From Octopus vulgaris (Eukaryota), in NCBI GenBank assembly GCA_951406725.2, contig OX597823.1, positions 5,456,001-5,520,000 of the forward strand: DNA of 64,000 nt, read 5' to 3'. Below the pieces are notes generated by a model that searched no databases, had not been told where the DNA came from, and worked only from the letters and a program-made list of their open reading frames with translations. Of this stretch, positions 1 through 10,381 are shown piece by piece; the stretch's first letter is position 1; each line of letters opens with the position of its first letter. A program made the translations under genes and the position numbers.

Positions 1-600
1 AATACCTAACTCAGTTTTAGAGGGGTTGATCAGCCTGCATTTTGGATTGGAGTGGAAGTTAGGCTTATGGTCCTTAAGTGTAATATGGGGGCAGGGGTTG
101 TGTGGATAGGTAATCCACGCAATCCTCTATATTAAGGTGGATGACAAGCTCCTTTGCACCTGTATTTGTCATTGTATATGGAATTATGTGTTTTCTTGTA
201 TGTTTGGGTGATGGCACTTGTAAGAAGTGTTGAGTGTGTGGAAGTGTTCATTTCATAAATGTTCTTTGTTTTGTCTACAAAATTGTTTAATGCTGGTCAT
301 ATAGTTATTTAGGGGTTTAAGGAAGAGGTAAAAATAATGCCAAAATCTTACCTTCTTTACAATGTTCTATAGGTCAGTCTCAAAGTTCTCAAGGTCATTC
401 ATACGTGAGGGGCACTTTTGGCATTTGAAGCTGAATTTATCCATAGATGTAGTAATAAATGGATTCTCGTAGCAGAAAGCCTTCCAGCGCATGTGCTTGA
501 TGACACTTTCCATCTTCGCCATCTTTTCCGTAAGTCGTCTCAGGTAGATTTTCCTTGGAGGTATTTGGATATTCCTCAGCAAGTATGGTAGTGGTTGTCT
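1..600 (-). mobile_element. Penelope-like element (PLE) ORF N-terminal fragment, degraded; runs off the window's left edge
   Basis: ORF 367..627(-) reads Y.LRNIQIP.RK.YL..L.EK..ESVIK.MRWKAF..., and the DKTKNIY-like motif follows downstream; this is typical of the region preceding the RT in Neptune-type PLEs. Stops/frameshifts present. Confidence 0.65.
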
Positions 601-672
601 CTCCATTGCAAAATGTTGGCCAGACATTCATGAAATGAAATGATGATGATGATGATGATATACATTATATCA

Positions 673-906
673 TATGAAGGGGTGCTGTAAAGTTCCTGGC
701 TTTGAGTAAAAGAAGATACAGGAGGATTAGTTAATTATGATTTCATACAAGCATATTCCTCTCCCAGATCCATACACTTATTACAGCAGTCTTTCAGTTT
801 TTCTAAGCCATTTAAAAGAACTTGGAAGGTTGGGCCTCCAACCAGGCTTTTCATGATACCCCAAAAGCCAGGAACTTTCATATATAGCCAGGAACTTTCA
901 TATATA
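673..906. mobile_element. mariner-derived MITE with a partly duplicated right TIR
   Basis: Left end TATGAAGGGGTGCTGTAAAGTTCCTGGCTTT; inverted copy AAAGCCAGGAACTTTCA at ~865-881, repeated at ~887-900. Internal minus-strand peptide GLEKLKDCCNKCMDLGEEY resembles the mariner transposase C-terminus. Confidence 0.6.
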
Positions 907-911
907 GAAAT

Positions 912-948
<37 letters not shown>

Positions 949-1236
949 TATGCAGCCGGCTGGCTTACCGGTTTTCAGTCAATCTGTCGGACCCATGCCA
1001 GCATGGAAAGTAGACATTAACTGATGATGATGATGATGAGGATGATGAGGATGACGGTGACATATACATACAAACATACAATTAAATACATACATATATA
1101 CATGATGCGGACAGTATTTGAGGACACATGTATTTTTAGTCATTATTTTATTTGACTAACTTTTATTGAGCTTCTGTTTCAGAAAATAACAATGACTGAC
1201 CCTATGCTTACTAATGAAATGAAAATATCACAAAAA

Positions 1237-1274
1237 CTGTTACTCAGAGTTTCACGTTCCTGTTCATCGGACAA
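1237..1274 (-). ncRNA. Minimal type I hammerhead ribozyme motif (PLE-associated; core variant CCGAUGA)
   Basis: Minus strand reads TTGT-CCGATGA-ACAGGAACGT-GAAA-CTCTGAG-TA-ACAG: stem I (TGT/ACA), short stem II, near-palindromic stem III, GUA cleavage triplet. Confidence 0.55.
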
Positions 1275-1299
1275 TTTTGTTTAGAATATATATAAATCG

Positions 1300-1627
1300 A
1301 TCCCAGGACTTATTCTTTGTTAGCCTAGTACTTATTCTAATGGTCTCTTCTGCCAAACCACTAAGTTACGGAGACATAAATACACCAACATCCATTGGAG
1401 GGACAGGCACAAACACACAAACACACATACACACACACACAGACACACACGCACACACATACACGATGGGCTTCTTTCAGTTTCCGTCTACCAAATCCAC
1501 TCACATGGCTTTGGTCAGCCCAAGGCTATAGTAGAAGACACTTACCCAATGTGCCATGCAATGAGACTGAACCCAGAACCATGTGGTTGGTAAGCAAGCT
1601 ACTTACCACACAGCCACTCCTGCGCCT
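1300..1627 (-). mobile_element. tRNA-derived SINE with internal (CA/TG)n
   Basis: Minus strand starts GGCGCAGGAGTGGCTGTGTGGTAAG (A-box like) ... GGTTCAGTCTC (B-box like); degenerate copy at ~52180-52350. Confidence 0.6.
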
Positions 1628-2439
1628 ATATATATATATAAAACCTACATGTATATACACACACATATATACACACATGGTGGCTGCCCCCTTGTTATCG
1701 AGTATGGCCATTGCACAAAGCTTAATCAATGTTGTTATCATGCAATGCCTGTGCAAGAAGAGTTTTTTTAAAGTGAGGAAAGGCTGTGCACTGAGTCAAT
1801 CCCACTCACTAAGCAACAGCAGTCATAATCCGAAAAGAAGACCAAGTCAACATCATCGGTAACCACTGAGCCGCAGGTTTTATGTCGGAGTTATCCCAGT
1901 TACCTGAGTTACCTTCTCCTAGAAGGATGCCCTAACAAAGGCTAGGAGTCCTTCACTCCCAATGGTTTAACCACGCAATTGGGTATTCAGTCCGATTATT
2001 TCTATGTCTCCGCGCATGATACAGCCTTAAGACATTTATTGGATGGCCGTTCACTCTCAAGAGTTCCTCCGCCCTTTGACAGGTTTTGTTTTTCATCCCG
2101 CAGGATGTCCAATAAACACCCTCTTCACCAAGCAAGCTTGGTGGGGTTGCCGGTTTAGTCACCAACGACCTGACCATGCAATAGGTTGTACTGGATTACA
2201 TGTTACCAGTAGCACTCGAAAGTGACCTGACATACACACATATACATACCTACATACACATACATATGTATATACATACATACACATATATATACACACA
2301 CACAAATACACACAGATATCCCCTCCGGCTCACATGGCCCTGCACCTCCCCCCCACTATCATCATCCTCACCACCCAATGTCCATTTTCCATGTGGATAT
2401 TAAATGACAATGATGGATGCATACACAAAGATATGGGTG

Positions 2440-5400
2440 TCTTATATAAGATAAACCTATTTGTATGTATTCACTTTTCACACAAAAACTGCTGCCCGAA
2501 ATGCTTCCATACTTGGGATGAATGAATAATTGGACCTCAGATACATACTATGGTCATCATTTTTTTATTAAAAATAAATAATATTGCTTTACATATATGA
2601 TTCACTTCTTTAAAAAGGTTTCTCAATGTCAACTTCCAGTATTGACATAGCAACAGCAAAATATTCAGTTTTCATTTGCAAAATCTCTCACTCTCTATTT
2701 TAATGTTTTCATTTCAAGTTTTAATTCACTATTTTCAAACAACTACAATAAAATCCTGAAAGAAGTATTTTCAAAGTTCCCAAATTTAAATATTTGGTAC
2801 AAATTAGTTTTTAACGAGCTTTTATTTATATGATTTTTTTCATTTCATGTTTATTTCATTCATTGTTTGCAGTGTTCTCTCTCCTCCTCCTTTCTCTCTC
2901 TCATACACACTGTGTCTCTAATATAAACATACACACACACACAAACACAGTCTCTCTAATATAAACACACATACACACACTCCAGGTTTGATTTTGTTAT
3001 TACACAAATATCACATTGGAATTTTGCTATTCAACATGGAGCATCCAAGAAAATATGAACATTCTTTAATTAATTTCTGTAATTTTTTTTTATTTATTTA
3101 CTTTTTGTATGTCGTGTTCAGCTCTATGTATTTATAATCAGTTACACACACACGTGTGTGTTTTTGTGCGTATGTTTGTACACATTTACGTATGTGTGAG
3201 TGTGTGTGAGAGAGAAAAAGTGTGCTGTCTAAGTGGCACTCACTCTTTCTCTCTCACACACACCCACACACACATGCACACATACATACGAAAAAGATGT
3301 AGGCTTATTTATTTATGAATGTACATATACATGACAACACACCTTTTCACTTGCACTCTCTCTCTTACTCCTTCACACACACACACATACACACATCCAT
3401 TTCATCTGATGTTTGATACTGTATGTGTATGTGTGTGTGTGTGTGTGTGCAGCATTCCATAATTGCCATTTATTTCACTCACTTTTGGGAAGATGTTCAT
3501 GTACCTCATTTTTTCATTTAATCCCCATTTAAATTCTCAAAAAAGTTTCTGAGAACAATGTTCTCACTCTCTAGAAGAGGAGATGGAGTAGATGTAGATG
3601 ATCAGTATTCAACAGTGAAGCAAAGACGAGTACAGGTAGCCAGAGTCAATGTTGGATTATGCAACTCTGTTAACTCTATCAAGTATGTTTTCAAATATGT
3701 AAACAAATGTTTAGATGCTGCAACATACACTCTAATGCAGAATGGCAGTCAGCAGATAAATAAAAATGACAAAGTTACACAATATGACAGAGGAAGACAC
3801 ATCAGTACCAATGAGGCTTTTTGGTGCATCTTCAATTTTCCCATTCATGACAGGCACCCAGCCATCATTCATCTGACTGTCCATCTAGAGAATGGCCATG
3901 GAGGTATCTTTACAAAAAAAACAGCCTTATAACAAGCACTTTCTCCATAAGAAACTACCCTTACTGCCTTTTTTTAAAGTTGTATTGAGTAGATGAAGAT
4001 GCAAGAAAACTCTTTTACACACAATTACCCAAGTATTACACCTGTAGAAACAATAAATGGCACAAGAGGAAAGGTGGGGCTGATGCTCTTGCAAAAGTTT
4101 ACAGTGTCCACCCAAGCCAAGCAGAATGCTACTGCTTACGCCTCCTTTTGCTTGAAGTACGTGGTCCGAAATCATTCCAAGATTCAAGGAGGGTAAATGG
4201 TTATGTGTGTGAAATTTATAGGGAAGCATGCTATCAACAAGATTTTTTAGAAAATGATAAGCATTGGGACCTTGCATTGACTGAAGCATCAGTATCAGAT
4301 TCTCCAAGGAAATTCCATAACCTTTTTGCAATTATACTGAACATGTGTCAACCTGGCAGTCCCTTACAGCTTTGGATAAAACATCATGAGTACATGGCCG
4401 AGGACTTAAAGTATGCAGTTCAACAGGCAAACCCAGATGTCAATATTCACTTATCTGAAACAATTTTTAATCAAGCACTGATTGAAACTGAGGATCAAGT
4501 TTTGGCCATGGGAGGCAAAAATTCACAAGTGTCTGGCTCTGGACTGCCAAAAACAGACTGTCAAATTAGTGATTTAACTTCAAGAGACATAGCAAGAGAC
4601 AAATTATGACATCTCAGAGTTGGCTGCATTTGTAAATGAACATGAATCTAAACTTCTTCCAGAACAAAGCTGTGCATATGATAAAATTATTTTGTCAGTG
4701 AGAGTAAAAAGTGGAGGAATTTTCTTTCTTGATGCTCCTGGTGGCACAAAGACATTTGTAACTACACTGCTTCTCTCCAAGGTAAGGCAACAAAAGAGAA
4801 TTGCAGTTGCTGCAGCACTGTCTGGCTTTGCTGCCACCATTCTCCCGGGAGGACGAACAGCTCATTCTGCTTTTAAATTACTGCTAAACCTGGTCACAAC
4901 CGACAATCCAGTTTGTAACATAAGCAAAGGTTCAAGTTTAGCAGAAGTGTTGAGCCAATGCCTCCTGATCATTTGTGATGAATGCACCATGTCACATAGA
5001 GGTGCAATAGAAGCCCTTGATAAGACCTTACAGGACTTAAGAGGCAACAATAAATCTATGAGAGAAATTACATTAATTTTATCAGGAGACTTCAAGCAGA
5101 CATTACCTGTCATTCCAAGATGGACAAGATCCGATGGAATAGAAATATGCATTAAGTCTTCAGAGCTATGGAATAAAGTATAGAAATTCTCCTTCAATAC
5201 TAAGATGTGAGCTTCATTACATGGGGACCAATGTGCAGCACACTTTTCAACCTGACTCCTCTAATTAGGAACTGGGAAAGTACCATTTGATGGGAATGGT
5301 GATATCAGTTTGGCTCATATTACTATCATGGTAAATTCTGCAACTGAATTGAAGAACAGGGTATCTCTAGACTTAAGTTATAATCATAATACACGTGAAT

Positions 5401-6094
5401 GGTTTTGTGAAAGGGCAATTCTCACCCCCAAAAATGAGACAGTAGCAAGGATTAACCATGACTTAATAAAAAAGATTCCAACAGTCATTAAGGATTACAA
5501 ATCTGTTGATTCGGTCCTTGATGAAAATCGAGCTGTCCATTACCCAACAGAGTTCCTTAATTCCCTTGAGCCACCCAGAACTCCTTCACATAAACTTTTT
5601 CTGAAGGTAGGAGTCCTAATAATTCTTCTAAAAGATCTAGATCCTCTTAAATTATACAATGGGGCAAGGTTGATTGTGAAAACATTATCACCTAATGTGA
5701 TAGAAGCTACCATTCTCACTGGATGTGCCTCTGGGAAATAGGTTTTCATTCCAAGAATTCCAATCAAACCAACAGATATGCCATTTGAGTTCAAATGAAC
5801 ACAATTTCCAGTGGGACTTTGTTCTGCAATGTCTATTAATAAAGCTCAAGGTCAGACTTGGAAATCTACTTGCCTGCACTTAATTGAGACTTGCTTTTCT
5901 CATGGTTGCTAAAGGGTTGGTAGTTTACAAGACTTATTTGTCTATGCTCCAAACTAGAGAAGAAAGACTGTTGTTTTCCCAGAAACTCTTACATAATTTC
6001 CTTCAACATATGTGATAGAATTTATCTCTTTTCATAAAGTGGTAAATTTTGTATTTTCATTTTATTATTATTATTATCATTATTGTGGTTGTCG

Positions 6095-6125
<31 letters not shown>

Positions 6126-6300
6126 TATTATTTTGCATTATGAACTCAGAATTGATTTCCCAATTAAAGAATAAATTGTACCCCAATTGAAGAATAAATT
6201 GAATTTAGAATAACAAATTTCTATACAACATATTTTGCTTTTTTTTCCCAATATATAAGAAACAATTTTATTCCCAGGCAGCACTGGATGCCCCTACTAG
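2440..6300 (+). mobile_element. Helitron relic (internally deleted, inactivated Rep/PIF1 helicase)
   Basis: 3' end CCAG-GCAGCA-CTGG hairpin (6274-6287), then CTAG (6297-6300) followed by T. Probable 5' TC terminus at 2440 (TCTTATATAAGATAAA...). Helicase fragments inside. Confidence 0.8.
3640..5990 (+). pseudogene. Helitron Rep/PIF1-like helicase pseudogene
   Basis: Motifs SIKYVFKYVNK, FFLDAPGG(T)KT (Walker A, damaged), GGRTAHSAFK, IICDECTM, LSGDFKQTLPVIP, RAILTPKN, INKAQGQT spread across frames with stops. Confidence 0.9.
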
Positions 6301-6302
6301 TA

Positions 6303-6303
6303 A

Positions 6304-6398
<95 letters not shown>
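6303..6398. repeat. (TA)n followed by (ATT)n microsatellite
   Basis: Direct reading; source of the poly-Ile ORF 6288..6527. Confidence 0.95.
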
Positions 6399-6400
<2 letters not shown>

Positions 6401-7220
6401 TCGTTTAACGTCCGTTCTCCATGCTAGCATGGGTTGGACGGTTCGACCGGGGATCTGGGAAGCCAGAAGGCTGCACCAGGCTCCGGTCTTATCTGGCAAT
6501 GTTTCTACAGCTGGATGCCCTTCCTAACGCCAACCACTCCGTGAGTGTAGTGGGTGCTTTTTACGTGCCACCTGCACTGGTGCCAGGCAAGGCTTGCATC
6601 GGCCACGGTCGGATTGGTGCATTCTATGTGCCACCTGCACGGAAGCCAGTCGAGGCGGCACTGGCTTCAGCCACGATTCGGATGGTGCTTTTTATGTGCC
6701 ACCAACACGGAAGCCAGTCGAGGCGGCTCTGGCATCGGCCACGATTCGGATAGTGCTTTTTACATATCTCCAGTCCAGGGGTCCTGGCATCTGCTGGGTG
6801 CCAGTCATAGGATTGGTTCAGTTTCGATTCTGATTTCACTTGCCCCAACAGGTCTTCACAAGCAAAGGGGGGTAGGCATAGGTGCCTGTCGTCGGATGAG
6901 GTTCGATATTGACTTCGCTTGCCTCAACAGGTCTTTGTGTGTCCAAGGGAGGAAAGGCATGCATAAGTGGGCTGGACTCACTTGTCCTGCCTGGTCTTTT
7001 CACACACAGCATATTTCCAAAGGTCTCGGTCGCTGGTCATTTCCTCAGCGAGACCTAAAGTTCGAAGGTCGTGCTTCACCACCTCGTTCCAAGTTTTCCT
7101 GGGTCTACCTCTTCCACAGGTTCCCTCCACTGCTAGGGATTGGCACTTTTTCACACACCTATCTTCATCCATTCTCGCCACATGACCATACCAGCGCAAT
7201 CGTCTCTCTTGCACACCAAT
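6399..7220 (-). mobile_element. RTE-clade LINE 3' fragment; its 3' UTR carries ~57-bp tandem subrepeats
   Basis: ORF 6978..7406(-) contains ERRLRWYGHVARM...GRGRPRKTW...DR..W, the C-terminal signature of RTE ORF2. The 3' UTR has repeated GGTGCTTTTTA(C/T)GTGCCACC units; a homologous copy lies at 16960-17460(+). Confidence 0.85.
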
Positions 7221-7747
7221 ATATGTATATATAATGACTACACTCAACCTGTGTTCACCATTCACTGTATTCACCTCTATCCCCCATTTGTAGCACACCT
7301 GTTCCTGCCCTTCTATCTCTACCTCAAGAATTAGCAAAAAGCCACCCACCTCACTACTAACCCTCACCATCACCAACTTAGTCAAGGGTATTGATTTGTG
7401 AGTCACTTGCTGACCTCCTCACTAGTGTGAGTGCTGCAAAAAAAGCATCCAGTACACTCTGCAAGGCATTAGGAAGAACATCCAGCTGTAGAAACCATGC
7501 CAAAGCAGACACTGGAGCACGATGCACTCCTCATTAGATCCTGTTGGACCATCCAACCCATGCCAGCATAGATGACAAACATTAAATGATGATTATAGTG
7601 ATGAATGATGATGCATATATGTCTAGTGTATGTACATACATGTATATATATGTGTGTGTATACACACACACACACACACACATAAAAATAACTGTTTATC
7701 TTTTCTCTGACGTTTATCTTTATCTTCAAAAAAGTAAAAAGCTTATG

Positions 7748-7886
7748 ATGTCAACAATGCAGTTGATAAGCATGGGAAATTATCCATCTGCTTTCTTCAA
7801 TTACCCCCTATATTCATTCTGAAGATATATTTAAAAGGACAGCACTACACATTTTGCTCCTGAATGCTTCACTAAACACAACCAAA
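7748..7886 (+). promoter_or_regulatory. LPMO-A proximal promoter/5' UTR (TATA-like TATTTAAAA 7828-7836; TGATAAG 7764-7770; GGGAAATTATCC)
   Basis: Immediately upstream of ATG 7887; near-identical to 26329-26467 upstream of paralogue B. Confidence 0.55.
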
Positions 7887-8051
7887 ATGCTGTTGGTTTA
7901 TTCTAGTTTGGTGTTTTACGCTGGTTTGTTTCTGGGTGTCGAAGGTCATGGTCGACTGATGGACCCTCCTTCCCGGTCTAGTATGTGGCGTTTGGGGTTC
8001 AAGACTCCAGTCAACTATGATGATATTGAGCTATATTGTGGAGGAATGGCG
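7887..8051 (+). CDS. LPMO-A exon 1 (signal peptide, His1 codon at 7947)
   Basis: ATG in CAAAATG context; GCG|GTATTT donor at 8052. Confidence 0.9.
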
Positions 8052-10381
8052 GTATTTATTTTCTATTTGTGTTTATCGTAAATCTCTTCTTTTATCAATA
8101 ATTAATTAATGTATTCAGGAAAAAGCAAATAAACATTTTTTGTTTATTCCTAAATTTGTCTCATTTTAAATTGGTGTAGACTTTGATTTTGTTTATAATT
8201 TATTCTGCCTATTCATATTATTGATAATAATATGCATACATTTGTGTTATAATTGGATTCTGTGTCTAGAATTCTTTTTTTATAATGATAGCCAATATAA
8301 ATATTGGTTTGATGCTTGTTTGCTTTCTCCAGTCATGTTTTTATATTATATATAGAGAGAGAAAGCAAGAAAGCAAAAGATAGAGAGTGAGTTAACATAA
8401 GTGAAGCAGGATGAGTGTGCATACTAGGCTTGTTAGCAAGCAATGAGTAAAAGAATGCTACAGAGAGAGAGAGAGAGGAGTGAGAGAGAATGGTAGAGAG
8501 AGAAGAGAGTGTATGAGTAAATAACACTAGTTATGGGAGATGTTGCACAAATGAGAAATTAATTTTGTTTAATTTTATTTTAAGGTAACAGATATTTTCC
8601 CTTTGAAAATTAATATTCATTTCATTATTTTGTACAAACGCAAAGAAATTTGGTAAAAGTTAGATTATAATTACTGTCTGTATGCCATATTACCCACAGC
8701 AACAAAAGTTACCCATTACAGCACGTTTTATGATGATTAATGTCATCTTTTTTTTAATCATTTCAACAGCATCAATGGACATTTAATCATGGAAAATGTG
8801 GAATATGTGGTGATCCTCATGAAGGCCCACGAGCGAATGAAGCAGGTGGTAAATATGCAACTGGAATCATCAGTCGTTATTATCATAAAGACCAAATCAT
8901 TACAGTCGATGTTGACTTGACCACCAACCATTTAGGCTGGTTTGAGTTCCGCTTATGTCCAAACAACAATGTAAAGAAACCTGCTACCCATGAATGCCTG
9001 AACAAATATCTTCTCCGACTGGCCAATGGCAATGGAACTAGACTTTATATTGGTCAAAAAAAGGGACATTTTTTTACGAAACTAAAATTACCAGCTGGTC
9101 TTACTTGCTCTCAGTGTGTTTTCCAATGGAAATACCATACAGGTGAGATGCTGTTTGATTAAAAGTTTTGTGTGTCTGACAGTTATTGCATTATTACTTC
9201 ATTCTTCAATTCTTTAAGTCCCTTAACTCTTGCTCTGTGATGCTCACTATTGCATAATATAAAAATGCTAGTAGCAGTACTTAACCATACCTGGGTGCAA
9301 AGAAAGTTGCACTGCCCACAACATTCTCTCTGAAAAAGACATGCCTGTCATCATCATTGTTTTAACATCCACTTTTCCATCCTTGCATGGATAAGATGGA
9401 ATTCATGAAGGCAGATTTTCTATAGCTGGATGCTCTTCTTGTCACTTACCTTTGCCTGTTTCTAAGCAAGATGCTATTTTTCCATGACCAGATATGTTTT
9501 CATGGAAAATTAGAAATGAATGACATTGCTTGTATGATGGTGATTGTGACACTTGTTTACAACTCTCATGCAGTATTGAAAAAAAAAAATAGGGAGTAAA
9601 CATGCACACACTCACACACATTATATAGCCATAGAAATCTTGCCAAAGCAGACACAGCTCTCAGTTTAGTTGGATCCTGTCTAACCTATGTCACCATGGA
9701 ACATAGACATTAAATGATGATAATGATAGCCTTCTCTCATCATCATCATCATCATCAGTGTTTAATATAAAAACACGGCTGAAGGTGTGTATGAGGGGGG
9801 CATACAACTTGGGACTCAGTACTGGATTGACGTTTCATTTATCTATCTTGTAAAGATGGAAGGTAAAGTTGGCCTCAGTGGATTTGCATTCAAAGTACCA
9901 GAATGACTACAGCAAAGCAATTTATTTGTTGCTTTAATAATGCAGCCAGTTTACCAACTTTGTATTTTACACTATTAAACATTTAAAATTTTAAATAATT
10001 GATTGTGCTTTTCCTTATACTTTTTTATTAGGGAACACATGGGGTGAAGGTAATAAATGTGTTGGAATGGGATGTTCAGATGCACAAGAAGAATTCTACG
10101 GCTGTGCTGATATAGCTATTTTGAACAAAGGTGCACCAATTCCATCAACAATACGACCACGAACTCGCAGACCTCATGTCAGCACTTCAAGATCAGGCCA
10201 CATGAAACATTCCACAAGCCATCGAAGACCATCAACACAAAGTCCAAGACGTTCTACAAGTGTCCCTCAAAAGTTCAAGAATTGTCACGCTATTGGTGCC
10301 TGGGCTGGTATCTATGATAATTGGTGCAAAGACTTCTGCCCAAAAGGAAGCTGCCCCAAAAATATGTGTCGTTGTGCCTGA
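7887..10381 (+). CDS. AA15-type lytic polysaccharide monooxygenase, paralogue A; join(7887..8051,8770..9142,10032..10381), 295 aa
   Basis: Open spliced frame of 888 nt with GT-AG introns (phase 0, phase 1). 20-aa signal peptide ending VEG, then His1 (HGRLMDPPSRSSMWR); CGG; GKCGICGDP; second His in NHLGWFEFRLC; CSQCVFQWKYHTGNTWG; QEEFYGCADI; linker; 6-Cys tail. AATAAA at 10390-10395. Confidence 0.93.
8770..9142 (+). CDS. LPMO-A exon 2 (catalytic core, second His codon at 8929)
   Basis: Acceptor tttcaacag|CAT; donor ACAG|GTGAGA; 373 nt, the same length as exon 2 of paralogue B. Confidence 0.92.
10032..10381 (+). CDS. LPMO-A exon 3 (axial Phe codon at 10094, linker, 6-Cys module)
   Basis: Acceptor ttttttattag|GG; in frame with ORF 10067..10381; TGA stop. 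Confidence 0.92.

Noticed and set aside
4620-5741. Host PIF1 helicase gene
   Set aside because: Intronless, with stops and frameshifts, and enclosed by Helitron termini.
6540-6770. Regularly spaced GGTGCTTTTTACGTGCCACC repeats (also 17075-17290, 29980-30100) resembling a CRISPR array
   Set aside because: The 'spacers' are homologous to each other, there are no cas genes, and they lie in a retroelement 3' UTR.
7854-7886. Upstream TTG starts of ORFs 7854..8081 and 26435..26713, and their read-through tails
   Set aside because: Eukaryotic gene: ATG 7887/26468 gives a proper 20-aa signal peptide before His1, and the tails are intron sequence.
10153-10176. RTRR furin-like site conserved in both linkers
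   Set aside because: Followed by Pro at P1', which generally blocks proprotein-convertase cleavage.
7887-10381. Horizontal transfer of a bacterial/viral AA10 (CBP21/fusolin-like) gene
   Set aside because: Spliceosomal introns and AA15-specific motifs (CGICGDP, QWKY.TGN.WG, QE.F.GCADI) fit vertically inherited animal LPMOs.
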